A stretch of 64,000 nucleotides of DNA, from assembly GCA_963713095.1 (NCBI GenBank), contig CAVQKK010000009.1, forward strand, positions 196,991-260,990. Reading direction: 5' to 3'. Under the pieces are notes generated by a model that was not told the DNA's origin, did not search any database, and worked only from the letters and a program-made list of their open reading frames with translations. This document shows, in pieces, positions 1 to 9,244 of the stretch (position 1 is the first letter of the stretch; each line of letters opens with the position of its first letter). Made by a program: the position numbers and the translations under genes. This DNA comes from an uncultured Chloroflexia bacterium (GTDB lineage Bacteria > Chloroflexota > Limnocylindria > Limnocylindrales > CSP1-4).

Positions 1-180
1 GTCGTGCAGCTGTGCGAAGGGATCCGGGCGGGCGCGCTCGGAATCGTCGGTGAGCGGGAGACGGCCTCCGTGGATCAGGCGATCGACGCGGCCATTGACG
101 TTTACCGCTGGTATCGACGCCTCGCGGGCGACGCACGCCGCCGCAACCCGATCGCCGCAGCCCTGTACAAGGGCGTCTAG
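1..180 (+). CDS. hypothetical protein, 3' fragment; the 5' end lies outside the window
   Basis: Frame 1 is open from position 1 to a TAG at 178-180. GC3 is high. The next gene starts 24 nt downstream on the same strand. No family was recognised. Confidence 0.3.
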   Translation, partial: VVQLCEGIRAGALGIVGERETASVDQAIDAAIDVYRWYRRLAGDARRRNPIAAALYKGV

Positions 181-203
181 GCCCCGATGACGGTGGAGCC
201 CAG

Positions 204-530
204 GTGACGATCAAGTGGGTCAAGGTGGACCCGCTCGTGATGAATGGCGAGCCCTTCTGCTACGGAACCCGGTTGACCGTGCGCCAGGTGCTCCAGCTTC
301 GGGCAAACGGATATGGCGTCGTCGACCTCCAGAAGGATTTCCCGGAGCTGAAGCGCATGGGGATCGCCGCTGCGTACGCGTACGCAGCGAGTCACCGGGA
401 TCGCTACGCGGACTTCTTCGAGCCGGATGGATCGCTCGCCGGGCCCGGCTTCACGGACGACGAGGCGGGCCAGCTCCCGGATCGCCTCCGCCTGCCCGGG
501 ATCGTGATCAAGGCCGGGGCGGCCGCCTGA
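204..530 (+). CDS. DUF433 domain protein (antitoxin-like)
   Basis: 108-aa ORF with a GTG start preceded by GGTGGAG. The motif 'GEPFCYGTRLTVRQVLQL...G' is typical of DUF433. Confidence 0.55.
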   Translation: MTIKWVKVDPLVMNGEPFCYGTRLTVRQVLQLRANGYGVVDLQKDFPELKRMGIAAAYAYAASHRDRYADFFEPDGSLAGPGFTDDEAGQLPDRLRLPGIVIKAGAAA

Positions 531-551
531 TCGGACGCTTGCCCGTCGGCC

Positions 552-1046
552 TCAGCCGCCCGCCGCCAGCGCGTCGGGGGCCGCGTTCGGCCCCATGACG
601 AGCACCTCGGCATAGCGCTCGTCCCCGCCTGGCTCGCGAATGAGGTAGGCGTGGTGCAGCTCGAGCGCGCCCGAGACGAGGGTGGAGCCCACGGAGCAGT
701 ACTTGGTCGCGGATAGCTCGATTGCCCGGCGCACGGCCTCGGGATCGATCCCGGCACCGTCGACCACGTGCACGACGTCGAACCTCGTGAATGCGTGCGG
801 ATGCCCTTCCCCCTGGACGCCGTTGACCCGGACCTCGTAGCGGCTCACCGCCTGGCGCTTCTTGCGCAGGATCGAGATGACGTCCATGGCGGTGCACCCG
901 GCCAGCCCGGCGCCCACGAGCTCCGCGGGTCGCGGTCCGGCGTCCCCCTCGGCGTCGTCGAGCACGATCGTATGCCCGCTGCCCAGCGTCACATCGAACC
1001 GAAGCCGATCGCCGGTGAGCGTCGCCAGGGCGGTCTTCGTGCTCAT
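552..1046 (-). CDS. OsmC/Ohr family peroxiredoxin-like protein
   Basis: The internal start 'MSTKTALATLTGDRLRFDV...GAGLAGCTAMDV...ATKYCSVGSTL' matches the OsmC fold motifs. The start ATG at 1046 overlaps the upstream gene's stop in an ATGA. The longer 223-aa track ORF has an Arg-rich, non-coding-looking N-terminus. Confidence 0.7.
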   Translation of the reverse strand: MSTKTALATLTGDRLRFDVTLGSGHTIVLDDAEGDAGPRPAELVGAGLAGCTAMDVISILRKKRQAVSRYEVRVNGVQGEGHPHAFTRFDVVHVVDGAGIDPEAVRRAIELSATKYCSVGSTLVSGALELHHAYLIREPGGDERYAEVLVMGPNAAPDALAAGG

Positions 1047-1465
1047 GCCAGGGCCTCCGCGGAGTACCGCTGCTCGATGGCGGCAACTGCCCGGACGAGC
1101 TTCGCTCGTGCCTCTGCGGCCACCTCGGCGACCACCGCATCGTCGACCAGCCCCATGGCCGCCCGCGGATCCATCGCCTCCACGAGCACGACGCCGCCTA
1201 CGTCGCGGATGACGACGTTGCACGGCAGCAGCACACCGACCGCCGGATCGGCGCTGATGGCGCGGTGGGCGAGCGGCGGGTTGCAGGCACCGAGGATCAC
1301 GTACGGGTCCTGGACGACGCCGAGCTTGGCTCGCAGCGTTGCCGCGACGTCGATCTCGGTGAGCACGCCGAAACCCTCGGCGCGCAGCGCGGTCTCGACG
1401 CCTTCGCGGACATCGTCGAACGGGGCGGCGATCCGGGCGCCGAAGGTATAGCGGTCGTCGAACAT
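1043..1465 (-). CDS. DUF302 domain protein
   Basis: 140-aa ORF 'MFDDRYTFGARIAAPFDDVREGVETALRAEGFGVLTEIDVAATLRAKLGV...' reads as DUF302. A GGGAGG RBS lies 6 nt upstream of the ATG at 1465. The remainder of the 467-aa track ORF is a spurious extension. Confidence 0.7.
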   Translation of the reverse strand: MFDDRYTFGARIAAPFDDVREGVETALRAEGFGVLTEIDVAATLRAKLGVVQDPYVILGACNPPLAHRAISADPAVGVLLPCNVVIRDVGGVVLVEAMDPRAAMGLVDDAVVAEVAAEARAKLVRAVAAIEQRYSAEALA

Positions 1466-1609
1466 CGGGGCCTCCCTTGGGGCTGCACCCATGGTGCCTC
1501 TAGTTGCGTGCTTGCGCAAATGGTCGACTGGGTACCAGGATGCGGGCCGAATGTCCCGGCGCGGAGGCCTGGCGGCCATTTCCGAGCCTGGTGGTAGGAT
1601 TTCGCGACG

Positions 1610-1954
1610 ATGACCGACACCCAGCCTGCCCAGACCGCCACGCCGGCCGTCCCCACGGACGCCGGTTTCGACCCGCAACGCCGTGCGACCGAGCTCGCGA
1701 TCCTCGATGCCCTGCGGGCCGTGGTTGATCCGGAGATCGGGATGAATGTGGTCGAGCTGGCCCTGATCAGGCAGGTCGTGCTGAGCCCGGGGTCGACCGA
1801 GATCAAGATGATCCTGACCACGCCGTTCTGCCCGTATGCCGGCGCGATGATCCAGCAGGTCAAGGAGCAGGCGGAGAGCGTCGTGGAGCACCCGGTCAAG
1901 GTGACCCTGCTGGCAGAGCGCTGGGACCCGCGCGATGCCGGCCTGATGTGGTGA
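1610..1954 (+). CDS. DUF59/MIP18 family Fe-S cluster assembly protein (SufT-like)
   Basis: 'DPEIGMNVVELALIRQV...IKMILTTPFCPYAGAMIQQVKE' matches the DUF59 signature, including the conserved Cys. Confidence 0.7.
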   Translation: MTDTQPAQTATPAVPTDAGFDPQRRATELAILDALRAVVDPEIGMNVVELALIRQVVLSPGSTEIKMILTTPFCPYAGAMIQQVKEQAESVVEHPVKVTLLAERWDPRDAGLMW

Positions 1955-1967
1955 GCGCCACCTCCAC

Positions 1968-2642
1968 ATGACCCGCAGCAACCTCTCGTACGAGAGCGCC
2001 GTCGCGACCGGGCGAGGCGACGACGGAACCACGGGACTCCTGTTCGGCGGGGATCGAGTGCGCAAGGACGACCTTCGGACCGAGGCGTACGGGACGGTCG
2101 ACGAAGCGGTCGCCGCGATCGGCCTGGCGCGAGCCGAGCTCAACATGAAGTCCCAGTACGGCGTGCTGTCGGCCGGGTTCGGCGGGCTGGGCGAGCTGCT
2201 GCTCCGGCTGCAACGTGAGCTGTTCGTCATCGGGGCCGAGCTTGCGACCAACCCCGAGGCGCGACAGCGCCAGCGGGACGGGGTCACGCGCGTGACCGCG
2301 GCGATGGTCGATGGCCTCGACGACGTCCTGCGTGAGATCGAGGCGGCCGTCGCGCTGCCGCGCGAGTTCGTGGTCCCGGGTGAGACCCGGGTCAGCGCAT
2401 CCCTGGAGCTCGCGAGAACAGTCGTTCGACGCGCCGAGCGACGCACCGTCAGCCTCGCGGCGGCCGATGCGGTGATCGCCGCCAGCCAGGCCCTGCCCTA
2501 CCTCAACCGTCTGGCAGATCTCCTGTGGATCCTCGCGCGCGCGGCAGAGCATGCCGAGGCGAGAGGCGCCACCACGGCCCGGGGCCGACCGGTGGTCGGC
2601 GAGCAGCCGGGCTCGACGTCACCCGAGAGGAGTCGTTCGTGA
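1968..2642 (+). CDS. ATP:cob(I)alamin adenosyltransferase, PduO type
   Basis: 'TGRGDDGTTGLLFGGDRVRKDDLRTEAYGTVDEAVAAIGLAR' is the PduO/MMAB N-terminal signature. The stop overlaps the next gene's start in a GTGA. Confidence 0.75.
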   Translation: MTRSNLSYESAVATGRGDDGTTGLLFGGDRVRKDDLRTEAYGTVDEAVAAIGLARAELNMKSQYGVLSAGFGGLGELLLRLQRELFVIGAELATNPEARQRQRDGVTRVTAAMVDGLDDVLREIEAAVALPREFVVPGETRVSASLELARTVVRRAERRTVSLAAADAVIAASQALPYLNRLADLLWILARAAEHAEARGATTARGRPVVGEQPGSTSPERSRS

Positions 2643-3367
2643 TCAACACCCGCTACACGCCGTCACAGCTGGGCGTCCGCCCGGCCCCGGCCCTCGTCCA
2701 GCAGCTCCTGGTGGGCGCCTTCGGCTGGATGTTCGCCGGGCTTCTCCTGTCGGCAGGCGTGGCCTATCTCGTGACCACCAGCACCTCGTTGCTGGAGACC
2801 GTTGCGCAGTGGTGGCTGCCGATCATCATCGGCCAGTTCGTGCTGGTCATTGCGATCCAGGCTGGTATCCGGCGCTTCTCGGCGACCGTCAGCCTGGCGT
2901 TGTTCTTCGTCTACGCGGCCACGATGGGTATGACCCTGGGCTTGATCGTGTGGGCGTTCACCACGACGCCGACCGGGACGACGTCGAACGGCGCCGCGGC
3001 GGTGGCCACGGCGTTCTTTGCCACGGCCGCCATGTTCGGCGCCGCGGCGGTCTACGGCGCAGTAGGCAAGCAGGATCTGACCAAGCTCGGCGGGATCCTG
3101 TTCATGGGCCTGATCGGGCTGCTCGTGGCCATGGTGATCAACATCTTCCTCGCCTCGAGCGCGATCTCGTGGCTCATCTCGATCGGCGGTGTCGGGCTGT
3201 TCGCCGTGCTGACTGCGTACGACGTCCAGCGCATCGCGCGCGGGGACTACGCGGCCATCACCAGCTCTCCAGAGCGCGGCTCGATCATCGGCGCCCTCCA
3301 CCTGTATCTCGACTTCATCAACATGTTCCTGTTCATGCTGCGGCTGTTCGCCGGGTCGCGGAGCTAG
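2639..3367 (+). CDS. Bax inhibitor-1/YccA family membrane protein
   Basis: Seven predicted TM helices with a BI-1 style C-terminus ('AYDVQRIARGDY...ALHLYLDFINMFLFMLRLF'). GTG start at 2639 after GAGAGGAG. The upstream part of the track ORF (from 2525) overlaps the previous gene and is Arg-rich. Confidence 0.7.
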   Translation: MINTRYTPSQLGVRPAPALVQQLLVGAFGWMFAGLLLSAGVAYLVTTSTSLLETVAQWWLPIIIGQFVLVIAIQAGIRRFSATVSLALFFVYAATMGMTLGLIVWAFTTTPTGTTSNGAAAVATAFFATAAMFGAAAVYGAVGKQDLTKLGGILFMGLIGLLVAMVINIFLASSAISWLISIGGVGLFAVLTAYDVQRIARGDYAAITSSPERGSIIGALHLYLDFINMFLFMLRLFAGSRS

Positions 3368-6300
3368 CCCTCGAGCGTCTCGGCGGGCTCCGGCCGGAGC
3401 TTCAACGGCGCCCCCTTCGCTCCTTCCAACAGCGCCTCGAGCTGCTCGCTGGCGAGCGGCCGCGCGAACGAATAGCCCTGGCCACGGTCGCAGCCCAGGT
3501 CCCGCAGGCAGTCCAGCTGCGTGGTCGTCTCGATCCCCTCGGCCACCACGCCGATCCCGAGGCCGTGGGCCAGCGAGATCACGGCGCGGGCGATCGGAAG
3601 GTCCGCCGCGTCGGACCCGAGGCCGGACACGAACGCTCGGTCGATCTTGATCGTGTCCAACGGCAGGTGGCGCAGGTATGACAGCGACGAGTAGCCGGTC
3701 CCAAAGTCGTCGAGCACCAGCTTCACGCCGAGCCGCCGAAGCGCCTGGAGGCGCTCGATCGAGGCCTCGCTCTGGTCCATGACCACGCTCTCGGTGATCT
3801 CGAGCTCGAGCGCGTCGGCATCGAGGCCGGCATCTGCGAGCGTGGCTGCGACCCGATCGACGAGGTCCGACTGCGCGAACTGGCGAGCTGACAGGTTGAC
3901 GCTGACGACCGGTGGCGCCGCGGCCCCGAAGCGCTGCCACGATCGGGCCTGCCGGCACGCCGTCTCCAGCACCCATTGCCCGATCGGGACGATCAGCCCC
4001 GTCTCCTCGGCGAGCGAGATGAACGAAAGCGGCGGGACGAGACCCCGGTCCGGGTGCTGCCAGCGAAGCAGCGCCTCGACCCCCACCACGGTGCCGTCCG
4101 CGAGGTTGACCATCGGCTGGTAGTGCAGCCGGAGCTCGGACCGCTCGATGGCTCGTCGCAGGTCATGCTCCATGGTGGCCAGCTCGAGGCTCTGCGCTCG
4201 CATCTCCGGGTCGAACCTGACCAGGGTTCGCATCGGGTCCGCCTTGGCTCGATGGAGCGCGATGTCGGCTTCCTTGAGCAGGTCGGCGGGGGTGGCGACC
4301 GACGGTCGTGCGACCGCGAGCCCGAGGCTGGCAGCAACCGTGACCTCGCGACCGCCGAGATCGAACGGCTCGGCGAGCGCGGTTGCCAGCCGTGCGGCCG
4401 CCCGCTCGGCGTCGCGCGGGCTTCGGACGCGATCGAGCAGGATCCCGAACTCGTCGCTGCCCACGCGCGCAACCAGGTCGGATGGGCGGGCGGCACCGAC
4501 CAGTCTCCGGCCGACCTGAGCCAGCAGCTGATCGCCGGCCGCATGGCCCAGGCTCTCGTTGACGAACGTGAACCGATCCAGGTCCAGGACGATCAGCGCC
4601 ACTCTGGCCGGCGACGCCGGAGGATTGGCCGCCGGAGGATTGGCCGCCGCCGTCCGGCCGTCCACCGCCGGTGGATTGCCCATCAGCGCAGCAAGCCGGT
4701 CCAGGAGCTCGGTCCGGTTCGACAGCCCGGTGACGGGATCGTGGAGCGCGGCGTAGGCACGCTGCGAACCTTCCGACCGGGCATGCTCGAGGAGGCGCAC
4801 GTGGTCGATGGCGATCGAGGCAAGCTGCGCGAACCGCGCCACGGCCCCTATCTGGCGCTCCGCCAACGGCCGGTTGGCCTCGCCCGATGCCAGGCCGATG
4901 CACCCGGTGACCCTTCCCCCGGACCTGAGCGGGACCGAGCACACCGCCCCGAACCGCTCGGTCTCCAGGTCCGGCGCGCGGTCCGGGTAGGCGTCGTAGT
5001 CGTCGATCACGACCGGGCGGCCGGTTCGGACCACCTCCCAGCCGACGCCGGTGCCGGTGGGCAGCCGGTAGCCGACAAGGTGCTCGAACGTGCCGACCCC
5101 GACGCGGACGGTCATCGTCGGCTGACCGTCGTCGCCATCTTCGAGGAGGTAGAGGAACCCGTCCCGGATCCCGACCAGCTCAGTCGCGCGATCCACGATC
5201 TCTCGCAGCAGGTCCTCGGGATCGAGGTGCTCCAGGAGCGCCAGGGTCGTGCGATCGACAGCCGCGAGGTAGGGGTCGCGGGTGGGGTCCTCCTCCCCGT
5301 GCCCGCGCAGGCTCGGCGGCTTGGCGAGGTACAGCGCCCGATCGGCCGCTTCCACCAGCTCGTCCTTGGTGGCGCCGTCGGCCGGATAGCCGGACACGCC
5401 CGCGCTGATGGTGACCAGCGGCCCTGCCCGCTCGGTGAGCCTGGCCACCGTGGCGCGAACGCGCTCCATGACGTGGCGTGCCTGCGGACCGTCGACGCCG
5501 GGTAGCAGGATCGCGAACTCGTCCCCGCCGTAACGGTAGGCGCGATCACCTTCGCGGATCGTCTCGGTCATCGCGTCTGCGACGCGCGTGAGCAGGGTGT
5601 CCCCGACCGGGTGCCCGTGCCGGTCGTTGTAGACCTTGAACGCGTCGAGATCGAGCATCAGCAACGCGAACGGCTCGCCGGCGTCCACCATGATGCCCAG
5701 CTCACGCTGGAACGCCCCATGGTTGCGAAGGCCGGTCAGGGCATCGCGCTCGGCGCGAGTCATCACGGCACCGTGGGCCTCGGCGTTGCGAAGGGCGATC
5801 GATGCCTGCGCGGCGAACAGCTGGACGAGCTCGAACTCGTCGCGCGCGTAGTGAGCTTCGGCTCCGCCCAGGCGTCCGACGTTGAGCGTGCCGATCACCT
5901 CGCCGCCGATCAGCAGGGGGCACACGATCATCGACTCCGGTTCCTCAGGCGTGCCCGGGATCTGCACGGATCGCGGATCGCGATGCGCGTCGTTGGCGAG
6001 GACGGCCTCGTGATGGCGGATCGCCCAGCCGGTGAGGCCCACGTCGATGGCGCCCTCGTGGGACAGGATCTCCTCGGCGAACCGGTCACGCGCCACGACC
6101 GCGCGGCGGACTCCGGCGGCCCGGTCGATGCGATAGACCGCCAGCGAGTCGTAGGCGACGACTGCGTTGAGCGAGTCGGCGATCATCTCCAGCACGCCGC
6201 TCGGGTCCAGGGTGGCGAGGAGGCGCTCGTTGACCTCGAGCAGCCGGCGCTGGCTTTCCAGGCGGTGACGCAGCTCCTGGCGCTGGCGCCGGACCTGGCC

Positions 6301-7380
6301 GAACGCCTCGGCGTTCACGATGGCCTGCGCCGCCTGTCCCGCGAAGATCTCGAGGGTCTGCTGATCGTCATCCGAGAACTGGTCGTAGCCGGCGTGAGAG
6401 ACCACGATCACGCCCAGGACCCTGGACTCATAGGTCATCGGCACCAGCAGCATCGACTCCGGGCCGCGCGTGGCGCCAATCAGCCTCCCGCGCTGGTCCG
6501 AGGCCGCATCGCCAAGGCGGATCGTCTCGTTGCGGAGAGCGACCCAGCCGGTAAGGCCCTCGCCGATCCGGACCCGCAGCTGGTCCGGCGACGGGCGGCC
6601 GATCCCCATGAACTCGCCCTGGAATGCGATCGGCTCGCACATGCGGGTCCGTTGATCCACCCGGTAGACGCGGATCGTGTCGTGGGCGATCAGCCGGTCA
6701 GCCTCGGCGACGATCGCCTCGCCGATGCCCTCGACGTCCTGGATCCGGTTGAGTCGCAGCGAGAGCTCCTGGATCGCGCGAAGCCTGGCGGCACCCTGAC
6801 GGACGGTGTTGAACAGCCGCGCGTTGGCGACTGCCGTGGCCATCTGACTGGCGAACGTCGCGCACAGGTTGAGCTCGTCCGGCGTCCACGAGTACGGGCG
6901 GCGGTGGTACAGGACCAGGAGCCCCAGGGGTTCGTCACGAAAGACCATCGGGATGAAGGCGATCGTCCGAATGCCGAGCCGCTGGTACACGGGGGCGAAG
7001 AAGGCCGCGCCGGCTGGATCGTCGAGCACGATCGGCCGCCGTTCGCGGATGCTGCGCTGGCCGGTCGTGTCATCGTCCACGGTCACGGCGGTCACGGCTT
7101 CGATCAGCTCGGCTGCCACAGCGCGCTGGGCCGCCAGCCGGAACGGGTGTCGGCCGGGGTTCAGCAGCCATAGTCCGGCGACCTCGGCGCCGAACAGCTC
7201 ACCGGACGCGTCGAGGACGTCCTGGAAGACCTCCTCGAGCTCGAGATTCGCGCTCACCTCGCTGGCCACACGACGGAGGACCTCGGCGCGCTCGGCGCCG
7301 GATCCCGGCCTGTTCATGGGCTCTGCCTTCCGTCCATTGGGGCGGCGATCCGGCGAGCCGTGGTCCGGCGCGAGTGCCAT
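3364..7380 (-). CDS. multidomain c-di-GMP signalling protein: multiple GAF domains, a GGDEF domain (intact RYGGDEF), a second GGDEF (degenerate, VGSDEF) and a C-terminal EAL domain
   Basis: 1338-aa ORF with two 'TGL(R/S)NR' GGDEF-start motifs. The EAL region reads 'LHYQPMV...VEALLRW...ELEITES...DDFGTGYSSLSYL'. An alternative start is M22 (position 7317), which has a GGAAGG-like RBS. Confidence 0.8.
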   Translation of the reverse strand: MALAPDHGSPDRRPNGRKAEPMNRPGSGAERAEVLRRVASEVSANLELEEVFQDVLDASGELFGAEVAGLWLLNPGRHPFRLAAQRAVAAELIEAVTAVTVDDDTTGQRSIRERRPIVLDDPAGAAFFAPVYQRLGIRTIAFIPMVFRDEPLGLLVLYHRRPYSWTPDELNLCATFASQMATAVANARLFNTVRQGAARLRAIQELSLRLNRIQDVEGIGEAIVAEADRLIAHDTIRVYRVDQRTRMCEPIAFQGEFMGIGRPSPDQLRVRIGEGLTGWVALRNETIRLGDAASDQRGRLIGATRGPESMLLVPMTYESRVLGVIVVSHAGYDQFSDDDQQTLEIFAGQAAQAIVNAEAFGQVRRQRQELRHRLESQRRLLEVNERLLATLDPSGVLEMIADSLNAVVAYDSLAVYRIDRAAGVRRAVVARDRFAEEILSHEGAIDVGLTGWAIRHHEAVLANDAHRDPRSVQIPGTPEEPESMIVCPLLIGGEVIGTLNVGRLGGAEAHYARDEFELVQLFAAQASIALRNAEAHGAVMTRAERDALTGLRNHGAFQRELGIMVDAGEPFALLMLDLDAFKVYNDRHGHPVGDTLLTRVADAMTETIREGDRAYRYGGDEFAILLPGVDGPQARHVMERVRATVARLTERAGPLVTISAGVSGYPADGATKDELVEAADRALYLAKPPSLRGHGEEDPTRDPYLAAVDRTTLALLEHLDPEDLLREIVDRATELVGIRDGFLYLLEDGDDGQPTMTVRVGVGTFEHLVGYRLPTGTGVGWEVVRTGRPVVIDDYDAYPDRAPDLETERFGAVCSVPLRSGGRVTGCIGLASGEANRPLAERQIGAVARFAQLASIAIDHVRLLEHARSEGSQRAYAALHDPVTGLSNRTELLDRLAALMGNPPAVDGRTAAANPPAANPPASPARVALIVLDLDRFTFVNESLGHAAGDQLLAQVGRRLVGAARPSDLVARVGSDEFGILLDRVRSPRDAERAAARLATALAEPFDLGGREVTVAASLGLAVARPSVATPADLLKEADIALHRAKADPMRTLVRFDPEMRAQSLELATMEHDLRRAIERSELRLHYQPMVNLADGTVVGVEALLRWQHPDRGLVPPLSFISLAEETGLIVPIGQWVLETACRQARSWQRFGAAAPPVVSVNLSARQFAQSDLVDRVAATLADAGLDADALELEITESVVMDQSEASIERLQALRRLGVKLVLDDFGTGYSSLSYLRHLPLDTIKIDRAFVSGLGSDAADLPIARAVISLAHGLGIGVVAEGIETTTQLDCLRDLGCDRGQGYSFARPLASEQLEALLEGAKGAPLKLRPEPAETLEG
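4616..4645. repeat. in-frame 15-nt perfect tandem duplication (CCGGAGGATTGGCCG x2) inside the GGDEF/EAL gene, encoding PAANP-PAANP
   Basis: Read directly from the sequence: '...gccggaggattggccgccggaggattggccgcc...'. Confidence 0.8.
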
Positions 7381-7704
7381 GGGTCGGATGGTGGTGCCCT
7401 AGCGGCTCGTCCGCTGCCGAGTTCGGCGCGGTGTTGAGGTGTCAGCTCGCACCGTACTGAGCGTGGCTGGGTCGGGCGATAGGACGGTCGTACTCCGGGC
7501 CCGAAACGGATGGTCGCAGGGCGCGTCGTTCGCGGGCCACGGTCAGTTGCCCCCCTCAATCAGCCCGCTCGCGCGGCCGAGATCGCGTCCGGGCTCCAGT
7601 GGGCTGCCGGTCGCCGATCCGCGCCTATCACGAGGTACGGGCCCGCTTTCCCGGCGGGTTCACAATGGGCGCGGGAACGTGACCATGCGCTGAGGTGAGA
7701 TGCG

Positions 7705-8307
7705 ATGCGGATCGCGGTGATCGGGGCCGGCAACGTCGGCGGAGCACTCGGCAAGGCGTTTGTCGCCGTCGGGCACGAGGTGGTGTTCGGCGTGCGCGCC
7801 CCCGACAGCACCAAGACCCTCACCGCGCTGGCAGAGATCCCATCGGCGACCGCGGCATTGCCGGCCGAGGCCGTCGACGGGGCCGATGTGATCGTGTTCG
7901 CGCTCCGGCCCGTGGCGATCGGAGCCATCGTCGCGGACCTGCCGCCGCTGGCGGACCGGATCGTCATCGACGCCATGAACCGCCTCGACACAGACCCGCC
8001 ACGCTCGACTACCGAGGACCTCATCGAGCTCCTGCCCGGTGCCAGGTTCGCCAAGGCGTTCAACACGATCGGGTTCGAGAATCTGACCACCGCCCGGGAT
8101 CGCCGGACGCCGCTGGCCATGTTCGTGGCTGGCGACGACCCCGACGCCAAGCGAGTGGCGATGGGTCTGGCCGCCGAGATCGGGTTCGAACCCGAGGATG
8201 CCGGGGGCCTGTCGAATGCAAGGCCCCTCGAGGAGATGGTCCGGGTCTGGATCGCGCTGACGCAGACGCACGGCCGCACCGTGGGCTTCGCGCTGTCAAG
8301 GTCCTGA
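7705..8307 (+). CDS. NADP oxidoreductase, coenzyme F420-dependent family (NpdG-like F420:NADPH reductase)
   Basis: 'MRIAVIGAGNVGGALGKAFVAVGHEVVFGVR' is an N-terminal Rossmann motif typical of this family. Length is 200 aa. Confidence 0.65.
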   Translation: MRIAVIGAGNVGGALGKAFVAVGHEVVFGVRAPDSTKTLTALAEIPSATAALPAEAVDGADVIVFALRPVAIGAIVADLPPLADRIVIDAMNRLDTDPPRSTTEDLIELLPGARFAKAFNTIGFENLTTARDRRTPLAMFVAGDDPDAKRVAMGLAAEIGFEPEDAGGLSNARPLEEMVRVWIALTQTHGRTVGFALSRS

Positions 8308-8363
8308 CCACCCGACGTCGATCAGATGAGATTGCGTGGTTGCCCCATCCGGCGATCGGCACC

Positions 8364-8395
8364 GCGTACGTGGTACGCATGCGTACCGTGTACGC
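8364..8395. promoter_or_regulatory. near-perfect 32-bp palindrome (candidate TetR operator) containing a perfect 16-bp core GGTACGCATGCGTACC
   Basis: 'gcGTACGtgGTACGCatGCGTACCgtGTACGC' carries four GTACGC half-sites. It sits between the F420 reductase stop (8307) and the TetR start (8408). Confidence 0.5.
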
Positions 8396-8407
8396 TATGA
8401 TGGCAGC

Positions 8408-9097
8408 ATGAATACTGAGTCGATGGACGCCAACGAGACCTCCGTTCGGCCCGTCCTCAGCCGGGACCGCATCGTCGAAGCCGCAGTGGCCGTTGTGGAC
8501 GAAGCAGGAATCGACGGGCTGACCATGCGAGCCGTGGGTAGGCGCCTGCGCTCGGGCACGATGTCGCTGTACCGCCATGTCTCGGGCCGTGACGAGCTCG
8601 TGGGCCTGGTCCTGGAGGCGATGGCGGGTGAGATCCAGGCGTCTCCCCTGTCGGGCAGCTGGCGCGAGGACCTCGCGATCATCGCCCGAGACATGCGCAC
8701 GGGCCTGCTCAAGCGGCCGCAGCTGACCATCCTGCTCGCCTCGCGATCTGGGCGAGGTGGTGTCGAGCTTCCGCTGCTCGATCGAACGCTGGGCGTGCTT
8801 CGAGCCGCCGGATTCGGGCGGCGTGGGGCCGTCCTCGCCAACCATGCCCTGGGCAACTACGTCGCCGGCACCGCGCTGTGGGAGGCCGTCGGGCTCTCGG
8901 GATCGAGCGGAGAGGATCGCGAGTCACGACGTCAGGCCGTGGCTGACGTGACGGCGGCGCTCCCGGCGGACGTGTTCCCGAACCTCGCCTGGGTGGGACC
9001 CAAGATCGTGGCCGGCAGCGTCGACGACCGGTTCGAGTTCGGCCTGACGTGCCTGCTCGACGGGTTCGAGGCCTACCTCGCCCGACGCAAGGGATAG
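8408..9097 (+). CDS. TetR/AcrR family transcriptional regulator
   Basis: N-terminal HTH 'RDRIVEAAVAVVDEAGIDGLTMRAVGRRLRSGTMSLYRHVSGRDELV'. Length about 229 aa. Confidence 0.75.
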   Translation: MNTESMDANETSVRPVLSRDRIVEAAVAVVDEAGIDGLTMRAVGRRLRSGTMSLYRHVSGRDELVGLVLEAMAGEIQASPLSGSWREDLAIIARDMRTGLLKRPQLTILLASRSGRGGVELPLLDRTLGVLRAAGFGRRGAVLANHALGNYVAGTALWEAVGLSGSSGEDRESRRQAVADVTAALPADVFPNLAWVGPKIVAGSVDDRFEFGLTCLLDGFEAYLARRKG

Positions 9098-9175
9098 GGC
9101 GGGCGCGGCCGCGCGGATCAGACTCCGCCGCGGATCAGGCGGGCGCCACCTCCGGCTCGACCGTCCTCGCTCGAC

Positions 9176-9198
9176 GGGGATAGTAGTAGAGGCCCTCG
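9176..9198. repeat. left imperfect inverted repeat (GGGGA-TAGTAGT-AGAGGCCCTCG) at the island boundary
   Basis: The reverse complement of 21547-21570 is GGGGGG-TAGTAGT-TAGGGGCTCG. It lies exactly at the high-GC to lower-GC transition. Confidence 0.35.
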
Positions 9199-9244
9199 AA
9201 GGGGCGGCTCAGTCTGCGATAACGCTGAAGCTCGTCTGAGCTAC

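Noticed and set aside
2663-7173. Long ORFs antisense to, or out of frame with, the GGDEF/EAL gene (2663-3976 minus 437 aa; 3976-5505 plus 509 aa; 5611-7173 plus 520 aa; 4163-4942 minus)
   Set aside because: Their translations are Arg/Pro/Gly-rich low-complexity strings typical of non-coding frames in about 70% GC DNA. The sense frame has clear domain content (GAF, GGDEF, EAL).
9121-9150. Direct repeat CGCGGATCAG-ACTCCGC-CGCGGATCAG after the TetR gene as a terminator or att site
   Set aside because: It does not form a hairpin, is only 10 bp, and is not mirrored at the other island end.
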